A DNA stretch of 27,429 nt from Leptospirales bacterium (GCA_040326155.1 JBEQLE010000061.1:1-27429); one strand, 5' to 3'; shown: positions 8,913 through 17,813, numbered from the stretch's first letter. A program made the numbers and translations. The notes: generated by a model from the letters alone, not told the origin.

Positions 8913-8955
8913 CTAATTTCTCCTTATTTGTACATATAGCGTTGTCCTATTATGG

Positions 8956-8984
8956 ATAATATTTCAACAATAAATCTATGTCAA
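8956..8984 (-). promoter_or_regulatory. Putative sigma70 promoter for the OmpA-domain gene
   Basis: TTGACA-17 nt-TATTAT on the minus strand, about 45 nt upstream of the ATG. Confidence 0.6.
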
Positions 8985-9086
8985 GGTATGCTCTGTAAAC
9001 GAATATCATATGACAAGTGTATAACGAAATTAAATTTCCTGCTTCTGCTTTCTACGAAAATTCAATAAATCCGCTCGTTCATATAA

Positions 9087-9166
9087 AAGGGGAAGCGTAG
9101 AACCACAGGTTCGCAGCGGGGGGAAAAGGGTTCAACCGGTTCTTTCAGCATTCCTGTTTTCCCCGC
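9087..9166. repeat. GC-rich hairpin repeat downstream of the YgjP-like gene (inverted partner of 10062-10103); may also terminate transcription
   Basis: Reverse complement of 9087-9124 is TCCCCCCGCTGC-GAACC/TGT/GGTTC-TACGCTTCCCCTT. Additional complementarity GCGGGG...CCCCGC spans 9116-9166. Confidence 0.6.
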
Positions 9167-9187
9167 ATAATATTTATTGCATTTACT

Positions 9188-9946
9188 TTAAAAATAAAAA
9201 CGGGGAGCTCTGTTTAGCATTTTATCGAGAGCGCGGGCGCCGGGAAGGGTTTTTTCGAGTAGGTCCCAAAACCGTTTGGAGTGATTCTTTTCTATCGTAT
9301 GGCAAAGTTCATGTATTAGAACATAATCGACCAACTTGTTTTCAAGCCGCATAAGATGAATATTCAGGTTGATATTATTTTGAGAAGAGCAACTACCCCA
9401 TCGACTTCTCACATTCTTAAGAGCCAGGCGGTTATACGAAAAGCCATGCATGTCAGCGAGCTTAGCCAGGCGCTCGGGCAAAAAAAGATGGGCTTCAATT
9501 TTAAGTGCGCGAATAATACCTTTTTGAATGGCTTCAATCACCTCAGGAGAGTCCAGCCCCGAAACCTCAGAATAATTCACATGTATAAAATTATTCCGAA
9601 CCACAACATTTATACTCGATTTTTTCCAGGATTTAAGTCGCAAGCGATGGTTCCTGCAAACTTTTTCGCCATCTGTATAGTGCGGCGAAGAAGATTTCTC
9701 AACGGCGTCCATCGTCGTCCTGTGACGTGCGACCCACTTTTCAAGCCAGTCGCGACGCTCATCAATAAAGCTGAGCGCGTCTTTAAACGAAACACGTTTA
9801 GGAATCGACAAACGCAATCCTTCAAACGGTCGAATGGTAACACGAAAATTTTTCGACCGATGGTGCTTAACGATTTTAAGCAAACCGATATTCTCAAGCT
9901 CAACATGTTTTTCCATGGCAGACGTAGCTACTTTTTTTCGCAACAC
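9188..9946 (-). CDS. YgjP/DUF45 (M48/SprT-like) zinc metallohydrolase
   Basis: SRWGSCS, INLN..L, DYVLIHELCH (HExxH), NHSKRFW.LL...LP. Start may be ATG 9916. Confidence 0.92.
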   Translation of the reverse strand: MLRKKVATSAMEKHVELENIGLLKIVKHHRSKNFRVTIRPFEGLRLSIPKRVSFKDALSFIDERRDWLEKWVARHRTTMDAVEKSSSPHYTDGEKVCRNHRLRLKSWKKSSINVVVRNNFIHVNYSEVSGLDSPEVIEAIQKGIIRALKIEAHLFLPERLAKLADMHGFSYNRLALKNVRSRWGSCSSQNNINLNIHLMRLENKLVDYVLIHELCHTIEKNHSKRFWDLLEKTLPGARALDKMLNRAPRFYF

Positions 9947-10061
9947 AAGCTACATAACGACAGTATGTGACATAAAGTCAATCGAGTTTACTATAATTTC
10001 ATGCTTATAGTAGGCTCAAAAGGGGGAAATCGGTTTTTCAACACCTTATGCAAATAGCTGC

Positions 10062-10103
10062 TCCCCCTCGCTGCAAACGCTTCGCGTTTTACGCTACCCC
10101 CTT
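10062..10103. repeat. GC-rich hairpin repeat upstream of the YgjP-like gene
   Basis: TCCCCCTCGCTGC-AAACGC/TTC/GCGTTT-TACGCTACCCCCTT. Same flanks as the inverted copy at 9087-9124 with a different but still paired inner stem. Confidence 0.6.
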
Positions 10104-10267
10104 CGTTTACGAAAAAATCCTGTGGTTTTAAAAGCTCGCTATGGGGAAATTTCGTTGCTTCGTTTGATAGATGTTATACGCAATTAAGAATTGATTAATT
10201 ACCTTGCAATCACAGATTCAATGGACATAATTATTATATTTGTTGACATAGTATCTAGCAAGAGGAT

Positions 10268-10969
10268 ATGCTTAGAAAAATGAATATGAAAAATTATAAA
10301 TTCTTTACATGTCTATCTTTATTAGTATTTTTATTCAATTGCCACTCTTATAGCTCATACAAGACAGCAAAAGTCTTAGGGCTAAATAGTTCAGGTAAGC
10401 CGCAAGTACAATTTATTGCTGGTACAGAATTAGTTGATGACTCAGGTACTGATGGCTTCGATATAAATCCCGTATTTATGCTTACAATTCCGCTTGCACC
10501 AAATCGACTAGATCTTACAATAATAGGTTCACCTTCCTTTTTTGGGGTGAGTTTCAGAGGTCAACTATTAAAGGGTCGGCATAGTATGGCAGTTGATTTT
10601 GGTGGTGTGTTTTCTGGCTCGAGTACTTTCTCTGGTAGTTCTTCTTTCTACGAGTTTAATTTAAGTTTACTGAATACGATAGACATTACTCCAGTTTTCA
10701 GTATGACCCTTGCTCCAAGATTTATTATACTGGGTGAAAAATCTACGCAAGACCAGTATGGTTTAAATCCATATTCCAGAAAAAGTTACATTTATGGAAT
10801 CGTATTAACTTTGGATATAGGTAAAAGCTTTGGAGTGCTACCGGAATTTACATATAATTACAATTCTACTAAGGATGAACATATAACAACTGTTGGTCTA
10901 GGTGTACGCTTTGGTGGATATGTGCAATACAAAAGTGTTGATAGTGACCAGAGTGATATATCCAATTAA
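10268..10969 (+). CDS. Hypothetical lipoprotein, possibly outer-membrane beta-barrel
   Basis: GAGG RBS, hydrophobic leader ending FLFNC, and many amphipathic beta-strand-like segments (FGVSFRGQL, MAVDFGG, YIYGIVLTLDI, VLPEFTYNY, VGLGVRFG). Confidence 0.7.
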   Translation: MLRKMNMKNYKFFTCLSLLVFLFNCHSYSSYKTAKVLGLNSSGKPQVQFIAGTELVDDSGTDGFDINPVFMLTIPLAPNRLDLTIIGSPSFFGVSFRGQLLKGRHSMAVDFGGVFSGSSTFSGSSSFYEFNLSLLNTIDITPVFSMTLAPRFIILGEKSTQDQYGLNPYSRKSYIYGIVLTLDIGKSFGVLPEFTYNYNSTKDEHITTVGLGVRFGGYVQYKSVDSDQSDISN

Positions 10970-11257
10970 TTCTTACCCATCCAAACCTCAACTTCAGAGA
11001 ACAGACATTTACCTGCTCGGGCCCTCTACGAAGGCTTCTTGCCGTGCGTCGCAAGGCATCCAAAAACGTCAGACAAAAGAAAGAGCGCTAAGATCGTGGA
11101 AAGATCGTCCTTTATTATTTAAAAACACTCACCCTATTATATTTCACCAGGAGTATTTTCTGAAGGGCTAACGTTTATGTTTGTATCCATAATTTCTCAA
11201 TTAACAGACTACGTATTTGCCTCATATGCAACTTACTTCAATACATACTATAAGTAA

Positions 11258-11599
11258 TTAATTGACATGGCTAAATTGCAAAAGATTATATTTTTCCGGT
11301 AAAGTTTTATCTTTTTCAAGCAATGACAACATTCTTTGGGCTGTACCATTTGGTTCATTCCGGCCGGATTCCCAAGCCTCTACGGTCTTTATGGAAACTC
11401 CCATCAGCATTGCAAAAGATCGTTGCGATAAATTTTGTGTGTTTCTGATTTTTTTTACCTCTTTCCCTTTAAAGTGAGAGAGAGGGCTTATGGTTACTTG
11501 CTTAGATTTTGCCTTAATTGCTTTATTGCCTTTTTCGAACTCAATGGCTTCATTTAGACCTTTTATGAGACTCTCTGCTACTTTACTTTTTGTTGCCAT
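11258..11599 (-). CDS. HigA-like Xre HTH antitoxin
   Basis: SLIKGLNEAI.F N-terminus, EVKKIR....LSQ..FA..MGVS.KTVEAWESGR..P.G.A.R.L. AAGGAG RBS. Confidence 0.9.
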   Translation of the reverse strand: MATKSKVAESLIKGLNEAIEFEKGNKAIKAKSKQVTISPLSHFKGKEVKKIRNTQNLSQRSFAMLMGVSIKTVEAWESGRNEPNGTAQRMLSLLEKDKTLPEKYNLLQFSHVN

Positions 11600-11603
11600 T
11601 ATT

Positions 11604-11947
11604 CTACTCCTTCGGTTTCGCTTGTCGTTTAATAATTGTAATTAATTCTTTCATTTATTTTTTCTCTGATGGGCTAAGATCTATTTTTTCATTTTTAGAA
11701 TATGCCGTAATGAAGTATATTTTCTTTACCACTAAAATATCCAAATATAAAATTCGAGCACCACTTCTTTTACCTTTTCCTTTGGCTGCCCATCTGAGTT
11801 TTCTCAAACCATTAGTACCTGCAATCGCATCTCCGAAATCAGGGTTGGTTGTCAAAAATATTTCCAACTCATTCAAGTCATCATCATTTAAACCTAAAGC
11901 ACTCCATTTCTTTTGAAATTCAGGAAGTTCTATAAAAACTCTGTCAC
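11604..11947 (-). pseudogene. HigB2/RelE-like toxin, probably inactivated
   Basis: FIELPEF.KKW..LGL.DDDL, NP..GD.I.GT.GLRKLRW...GKGKRSGARI.Y, AYSKNEK.DL. In-frame TAA at 11655-11657 before the last helix. The plausible GTG start (11947) is one base out of frame. Confidence 0.75.
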
Positions 11948-11981
11948 AATAAAATTGTGACCCTACTGAATAGGGTGTCAA
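11943..11981 (-). promoter_or_regulatory. Promoter/operator of the higBA-like module
   Basis: TTGACA-16 nt-CACAAT on the minus strand. Inverted repeats ACCCTA-N5-TAGGGT (11960-11976) and GTCACAAT-N3-ATTGTGAC (11943-11961). Confidence 0.75.
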
Positions 11982-12265
11982 TAAATTAATTTGAATTACC
12001 TACTTGCAGCAACAAAGAAGGTTCAGTCTTGTAAGCAGTGCCAAAGAAGCGCTCTTTCCTTCGCCTGACTAATTTTATCTGTTCAGGTCAGACTGCGCTG
12101 CCGCTAGATGTTGGCTCGGTCGGTCATTGTTCCTGTACACAACAACAAGAATCGAAGCAAAAAAAATCTTACTTGATTTCTCAAAGGAAAACTTTAAACA
12201 CACCTATGAACATAACCCTGCGCGCTTCCCAATTCTCAGCATCATCTCTAAAACTATTGCGAACC

Positions 12266-14089
12266 ATGTTTCGTCTACTCTGGCCACTTTTGTTGGTTTT
12301 AGCAGCAGGTGATCTTTTGGCGCGTGCTGGTGGCGCCGGGGGTTCCTCTGGAGGTGGCGGCGGCGGTGGCGGAGGTGGAGACGCAGGAGCCATATTTCAG
12401 ATTATTTATGTAATTTTTATGTTGATACCTTTTCCTTTCAATTTTATTGTTGCTGGAATTATCATCTTTTTTTATATAAAAATGCAAAAGACAAAGTCGG
12501 TATACAACAAGGTTCCTGAAAACCTGCCAACCACAGACACATCCAAATCTAACGGGTTCAAAAAGTTTATAGAAGCCAACCCCGATTTTAATCAAAATGA
12601 ATTTCTAGAAAAGGTTAAATCTTCTTTTATAAACGTTCAAACCGCGTGGTCTGCCGGAGACATTTCACCGGTTCGTCGCTATATCTCGGACGGGGTATAC
12701 CAACGCTTTTATACCCAGATGCAGATGATGAAACTGCTGAAACAAAAAAATGAACTAGATGATATTAAAATTATAAACGCCACAGTTGACCAGTTTGAAC
12801 ATTCCGGAGAATATGACACTATACACGTCGCAATTCAAGCTTCGATAAAAGATAAATTCACATCAGAACTTGATTCTAGTCTCAATTCCGGAGGCAAAGA
12901 AGAATTTATTGAATACTGGTCTTATATTCGCAAACGAGGAGAATCGAAAAACTCAGAAAAAACGGATAACGACGAATATATAGATATGTATAAATCTAAC
13001 CGCTGCCCCAGTTGCGCTGCAGGTCTACCTGATGATATGGGAGAACTCAGCAAATGTGAATATTGTGGAGCATTAACCAACTCGGGAGAGTATGACTGGG
13101 TTCTGGCCGAAATAACTCAATCTCTCGATTATACTTTCAACCGAAGCAGTGGAAAAAAACGAGAAGCGCTGGAGCGAAAAGTCGAAACTTTATACTCCAA
13201 ACTTCCCGACTTCTCGGTGCAAAGCATTGAAGATAAAGTCTCCAATGGGTATCTGCAAATACTTACCGCGATCGCGCACCGTGAGCCTGCCAGGATGAAA
13301 AGGTTTACCTCGAATGAGTTGTACCTAAGATTATCCCAAAGTATTGGTGAAAAAACCATTGCCTATAACAGAATATTCTTAAACGATGTTACTCTGGTCG
13401 GCACTCAAGAAAAAGAAACCAGTCATGTTGTAATGGTTAGAATAAAATCGACTTACCAGCGAATTACTGTTGGTGATAAAAACATCGAGATGTTAGACCC
13501 GGCAATGACAACCAAAAGTGAAGTTGTATTTCTAGAACTCGCAAAACAGTCCGAAACGCAAAAGGGTTCGCTTTACGCTCATGTCTGCCCCTCCTGTGCA
13601 GCCCCAATTGAAGATAGTTTGGATATCAAATGCGGTTATTGCGCGGTGGAACTAAACGCGGGAGTTTTTGACTGGGTTATAACCGACATAATGGACACCC
13701 AGGCCTACCAGGCTTATTATGTAGCTCACAAAAGTGAATTTGCCGAGGCTAATAACATCGAAGATTTTGATAAAAATGTAAAAGTTCGCGACTATGCTTT
13801 TAATAATGTTATGATGGTCATCGCCGCCGATGGAAAAATAGAAGAGTCCGAACTTACCTTTGCGCGTTCTCTTGCCAAACGTTGGGGTTACTCAGGTAAA
13901 AAAATTGAGGGCTTTATAAAAATGTCCCAAACTGGCCAACTTTCACTTCGGATGCCAGATGAGGAAAAACCCCGTCGAAAAATTATTGCTTTAATGGAAA
14001 AAGCCGCCAAATTGGACGACGATTATTCTCAAGCGGAAAAACTGTTTATAGATTCGGTGAAACAGGCCTATTTGAAAAAAGCGAGTTAG
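12266..14089 (+). CDS. Tandem Tim44-like domain membrane protein with two Zn ribbons and C-terminal TerB-like domain
   Basis: Signal peptide + ARAGG + poly-Gly + TM hairpin. PDFN..EFLEKV...F..VQ.AW and EYWSYIR Tim44-like motifs, repeated (PDFS...IEDKV...Y..I..A). CPSC..CEYC and CPSC..CGYC. AADGKIEESE. ATG 12266 preferred. Confidence 0.8.
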   Translation: MFRLLWPLLLVLAAGDLLARAGGAGGSSGGGGGGGGGGDAGAIFQIIYVIFMLIPFPFNFIVAGIIIFFYIKMQKTKSVYNKVPENLPTTDTSKSNGFKKFIEANPDFNQNEFLEKVKSSFINVQTAWSAGDISPVRRYISDGVYQRFYTQMQMMKLLKQKNELDDIKIINATVDQFEHSGEYDTIHVAIQASIKDKFTSELDSSLNSGGKEEFIEYWSYIRKRGESKNSEKTDNDEYIDMYKSNRCPSCAAGLPDDMGELSKCEYCGALTNSGEYDWVLAEITQSLDYTFNRSSGKKREALERKVETLYSKLPDFSVQSIEDKVSNGYLQILTAIAHREPARMKRFTSNELYLRLSQSIGEKTIAYNRIFLNDVTLVGTQEKETSHVVMVRIKSTYQRITVGDKNIEMLDPAMTTKSEVVFLELAKQSETQKGSLYAHVCPSCAAPIEDSLDIKCGYCAVELNAGVFDWVITDIMDTQAYQAYYVAHKSEFAEANNIEDFDKNVKVRDYAFNNVMMVIAADGKIEESELTFARSLAKRWGYSGKKIEGFIKMSQTGQLSLRMPDEEKPRRKIIALMEKAAKLDDDYSQAEKLFIDSVKQAYLKKAS

Positions 14090-14090
14090 G

Positions 14091-14687
14091 TTATCGTCGA
14101 GCCTGTTCTTCTTCATCATGTGCTGAACAAGGGCAGGAACACTTTGCATGCTTATACAGATCTATCGTAAGTTGACCAATACGATTTTTCATGGATTCGT
14201 CTAAACATTTGCCTTCTTTTGTAAAAACTTTATCGATCTCAGGTATCGACACTACGCGCGATAATGTAATCGCCCCAGTGTGGCAAAGAACGCTACGCAA
14301 ATGCTCCAGCGATTTTATCGCCCCAATCTTGCCTGCGGCGACCCCGACCATGGCTACCGATTTTTGTGAAAGCGCAGAAGGAAAACCCAGATTCTCAATC
14401 ATAAGTTTTAACGCTGCCGGAAAAGATCCATTATACTCCGGCGTGCAGATCATAACTCCATCAGATGCTTGCAACATGGACTTTATTTTTTTTGCATCCT
14501 CTGTACCTTTAGCATCGCTCCCACCGGGCATATTCAATGTGAAATTTGCTAAGTTGAGAACTTGTAATGTTACGTCTTCAAGCTCAGTTAAAGTATCGAC
14601 AACCACTGCCGCCGCTTTTTGAGTGTAGTTTCCCGGTCGAACCGTACCGATTACGACTGTAATTTTAGTTGTTTCAGAGTTTGACAT
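14091..14687 (-). CDS. NADPH-dependent FMN reductase
   Basis: GTVRPG, DG...CTPEYNGSFPAALK, G..GAI.SLEHLR.VL. Confidence 0.92.
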   Translation of the reverse strand: MSNSETTKITVVIGTVRPGNYTQKAAAVVVDTLTELEDVTLQVLNLANFTLNMPGGSDAKGTEDAKKIKSMLQASDGVMICTPEYNGSFPAALKLMIENLGFPSALSQKSVAMVGVAAGKIGAIKSLEHLRSVLCHTGAITLSRVVSIPEIDKVFTKEGKCLDESMKNRIGQLTIDLYKHAKCSCPCSAHDEEEQARR

Positions 14688-14765
14688 GATTAGACACCAA
14701 AAGACAAACCAATGTACAAAATAGTTGTATTTTGAAAAGCTAAAATTGCAAATGTGATTCTTGTA

Positions 14766-16055
14766 TTATATAAGAACCGGCTCCAGCTTATCTTTGCCTA
14801 AATATTGACGAAGAGCTTCCGGTACTTGTACGGAACCATCAGGCAACTGGTAGTGTTCCAGAATGGCGGCCCAGACTCGCGGAGTTGCCATTGCCGATCC
14901 ATTTAAAAAATGAACGAATTCACTTTTACCTTTATTCTCGTGTTTATAACGTATATTCCCTCTACGAGCTTGAAAATTTGAAAATTTTCCCACAGACGAT
15001 ACCTCAAGCCATTTATCCACCCCGGGACTATAAACTTCGATGTCGTATATTCTTGAAGAAGAAAAAGTAAGGTCTCCCGCGCATAGATCAACAATTCGAT
15101 AGGGCAAGTTCAATAGTTGTAATGGTTTTTGCACATCTTCCAGCATGGCGTTAAATTCTTCTTCGACTTGTTCTGGTTTACATATTTTCACCAGTTCAAC
15201 CTTGTGAAACTCATGTAAACGCTGCATACCTCGGGTTTCTTTGCCCGCCGAACCAGCCTCTCGTCGAAAACAGCTGGTATACGCCATATAACGCCTTGGC
15301 AAAGTATTCTCATCAAGTATTTCATCCCGGTGCATTCCCGTCAGAGGAACTTCCCCGGTGGGAATAGCCCAATAACCGTCTTTTTCCAGATGGTAAGCGT
15401 CATCTGAAAATTTAGGTAAATGGCCTGTTGCTGTAAAGGTGTCGGAATTCACAAAAGTTGGAACCACATGCTCCATATAGGTATGCTCGTTCAAGGTAAG
15501 TGCGAATTGGACTAACGAACGTAAAAGTCTGGCCCCGTCCCCTTTTAACACAGAAAACATAGAACCCGTTATTTTTGAACCACGCTCCTGGTCATAAATT
15601 CCCATATTAGTAGCCAGGTCCCAATGTGGAAGATAGGTTTTATCTTTGTAATCTTCACTATTATAACCTTCCGTATGAATAATAATATTGCTCGTTTCAT
15701 CTAAACCTTCCGGAGCTTCCTCTTCTGGAAAATTCGGCAACCTTAGCAGTAAATCGTTCGCTACCAGCGATGAATCGCGATAATCGGTTTCAAACTTTTC
15801 AAGTTTTTCTTTATATCCAGAGACTTCTGTCTTTAAAGCTTCAGCCTCATCTTTTTTACCTGCGGCCAGCAATTCTCCTATTTTCTTCGAAGCGCTATTT
15901 CTCTCCGCTCTTATTTTTTCAATCTCTTGTTGAATTTCACGTTTTTGAATGAAAGCATCGCGCGCTTTTTCAAGCTCTTCGGTCGTTACCCCTTTGCGTT
16001 GAAGTTGCATTTTTGCCGCTTCAAAATCGTTTAATATTATATTTTGATCAATCAT
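14766..16055 (-). CDS. serS: Serine--tRNA ligase
   Basis: N-terminal coiled coil, TGHLPKF, PTGEVP, motif 2 CFRREAGSAGKETRG..RLHEF.KVE, EVSS, FQARR, motif 3 LNGS. Confidence 0.98.
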   Translation of the reverse strand: MIDQNIILNDFEAAKMQLQRKGVTTEELEKARDAFIQKREIQQEIEKIRAERNSASKKIGELLAAGKKDEAEALKTEVSGYKEKLEKFETDYRDSSLVANDLLLRLPNFPEEEAPEGLDETSNIIIHTEGYNSEDYKDKTYLPHWDLATNMGIYDQERGSKITGSMFSVLKGDGARLLRSLVQFALTLNEHTYMEHVVPTFVNSDTFTATGHLPKFSDDAYHLEKDGYWAIPTGEVPLTGMHRDEILDENTLPRRYMAYTSCFRREAGSAGKETRGMQRLHEFHKVELVKICKPEQVEEEFNAMLEDVQKPLQLLNLPYRIVDLCAGDLTFSSSRIYDIEVYSPGVDKWLEVSSVGKFSNFQARRGNIRYKHENKGKSEFVHFLNGSAMATPRVWAAILEHYQLPDGSVQVPEALRQYLGKDKLEPVLI

Positions 16056-16676
16056 AAAAATCTCCGATGTGATGTAACTCAGTCTGTATATCGATTATGT
16101 AAAAAGGAAGCCTTTTTAGTGAATAAGTAAATAAATTACATTCACCGGCCTTTTTGAAGGTCCACTCAATTGGACTATCTTCTAGCCAAAAACAGAGAAA
16201 TAGCTGGGTTATCAAGAAAATTTTTAACCCGGTACCATCTTGTTTAGATAAAAATGGTATATTATTATTTGAAAGTTAAGATATTGACTGGAAAGCCCGC
16301 AATAAGACTATATTTGAGAAAAAATTTAATAAATATATTTCAGAACTTTTACTCCATTCATTCGACCATGACCACTTATTGTGAAATATTTGATTAATTT
16401 TATGTCCCAAACCGGTTCGGTATCGCCAAAATTCACGTTTAATTCAAATACCTTATACATTAATTTTATCATCATATTCTTTTATATTTTTTTTGTACTT
16501 TTACCCTCTTAAAATGTAAAAGACTTTGACACCACAATGCTGTATGTTTTCGTACCAAAGCCTTGGTAACGTTGTTAACAAAAAAAAGAAATGGTCACGC
16601 AATTCGTAGCCTATCGGTACATTTTTGCTCCCTAACACGAAATACCGGGTGAATTATAGTTATATTGAGGAATACA

Positions 16677-17132
16677 ATGGAAGTAAAAAGTAATATTAAC
16701 AAAAAAGAAAAGGAATCTCTAGAACTGTTTCTAAGACTGATGAGATCGACTGACATCATCAGTGATAAAGCAGCAAAAATTGTTCGCGAGTATGGGCTGA
16801 GCTATGCGCAGTTCGGTGTATTGGAAACCCTTTTCCACGTCGGACCATTGTGTCAAAAAGATCTAGCCAACAAGCACCTGACCACGAACGGTAATATCAC
16901 ACAAATTATCGATAAAATGGAATATAAAAAGTGGGTAAAACGGGTAAAAAGTAAAGAAGATAGAAGAAAATTTAACATCGAGTTGACTAAAACAGGTAGT
17001 CGTTTAATTGAAAGTAGCTTTCCTGACTTTGCAGGACATATTTCAAAAATACTAAATCCTCTTTCTGCGACAGATAAGAAAAGCCTGGGTAAACTCTTAG
17101 AAAAATTTTCCGAAACTGTAGAAAATCAATAA
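16677..17132 (+). CDS. MarR family transcriptional regulator
   Basis: GLS.AQFGVLE.L...GPL.QKDLA......GNIT..IDKME...WV.R.....DRR...I.LT..G. GAGG upstream of ATG 16677. Confidence 0.93.
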   Translation: MEVKSNINKKEKESLELFLRLMRSTDIISDKAAKIVREYGLSYAQFGVLETLFHVGPLCQKDLANKHLTTNGNITQIIDKMEYKKWVKRVKSKEDRRKFNIELTKTGSRLIESSFPDFAGHISKILNPLSATDKKSLGKLLEKFSETVENQ

Positions 17133-17199
17133 TATTGGTAAGCCAATAGAAAAATAGATTTTTTCTTGAAAAGGTAGAGTTCGCTGGTGAAACAGTCGT

Positions 17200-17667
17200 A
17201 TGTCTGAAAAACGAATTCTTTATATAATTTCCATGTGCATCCTTGTTATAGGAATGTCGTGCATGAAAAAATATTCCGTCGAAAACTTTTTTCTTTACAT
17301 TGAAAATGGGAATATAGACGCAATTCAAGAATTACTGGAAAACCCGGAAAATGTAAACTTTACGGATAGAAGTGGAAAAACAGCGTTAATGCACTCTATC
17401 GTAAACGGCGCTATAAACAAACCTCTCACTTTGCATTACGAAATTATTCAACTCTTCTTTGAGTTTGGTGCAAATGTAAACCGGGTCGATCATAATGGTT
17501 GGTCGGCCCTGTTTTATGCCTTGATGGAAAATGACGAAAAAGCCTTTCTACTATTACTGGAAAACGGAGCAGATTTTCACATAGATATTTATGGAAAAAC
17601 CCTTTTTTCACATGCGATAGAACTGAATAAACCGGCTTTCGTTGAAATTCTCAGATTATATAAATAA
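17200..17667 (+). CDS. Ankyrin-repeat protein, probable lipoprotein
   Basis: Leader ending GMSC. Ankyrin repeats D.SGKTALMHS, GANVN.VD..GWSALFYA, LLENGAD...YGKT. Confidence 0.85.
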   Translation: MSEKRILYIISMCILVIGMSCMKKYSVENFFLYIENGNIDAIQELLENPENVNFTDRSGKTALMHSIVNGAINKPLTLHYEIIQLFFEFGANVNRVDHNGWSALFYALMENDEKAFLLLLENGADFHIDIYGKTLFSHAIELNKPAFVEILRLYK

Positions 17668-17769
17668 ATCCCGGGCTCAACCAGGCTATAATAAGTGGTT
17701 TTTAAAAACTATCTGCAAATTACGGTTCTAAATACTATTGTAATTTCTTTTCTATTCCTGCTTTCCTTA

Positions 17770-17800
17770 TTGACAAAGAAGAGACGCCAAAATATATAAC
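17770..17800 (+). promoter_or_regulatory. Putative sigma70 promoter for the M23 gene
   Basis: TTGACA (17770-17775), 17 nt, TATATA(AC), followed by GGAG and ATG 17814. Confidence 0.45.
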
Positions 17801-17813
17801 AAATGGAGTCAAA

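Noticed and set aside
10869..11171. Short ORFs 10902-11171 (+) and 10869-11063 (-)
   Set aside because: They overlap the lipoprotein gene and the repeat patch and show no protein-like motifs.
12007..12116. Possible integron attC site (CAGCAAC...GTTGGCT)
   Set aside because: The L boxes do not pair at the expected spacing, R'' is non-consensus, and there is no integrase or attC array.
12038..12265. N-terminal 76 codons of the 683-aa ORF
   Set aside because: They overlap a structured non-coding patch, and a clean signal peptide begins at ATG 12266.
16056..16676. Riboswitch/T-box or small ORF in the long serS-marR gap
   Set aside because: GGTCACGCA is only a short chance match to a c-di-GMP riboswitch flank, and no GEMM or T-box core is seen. 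A ~49-codon minus-strand ORF has no recognisable features.
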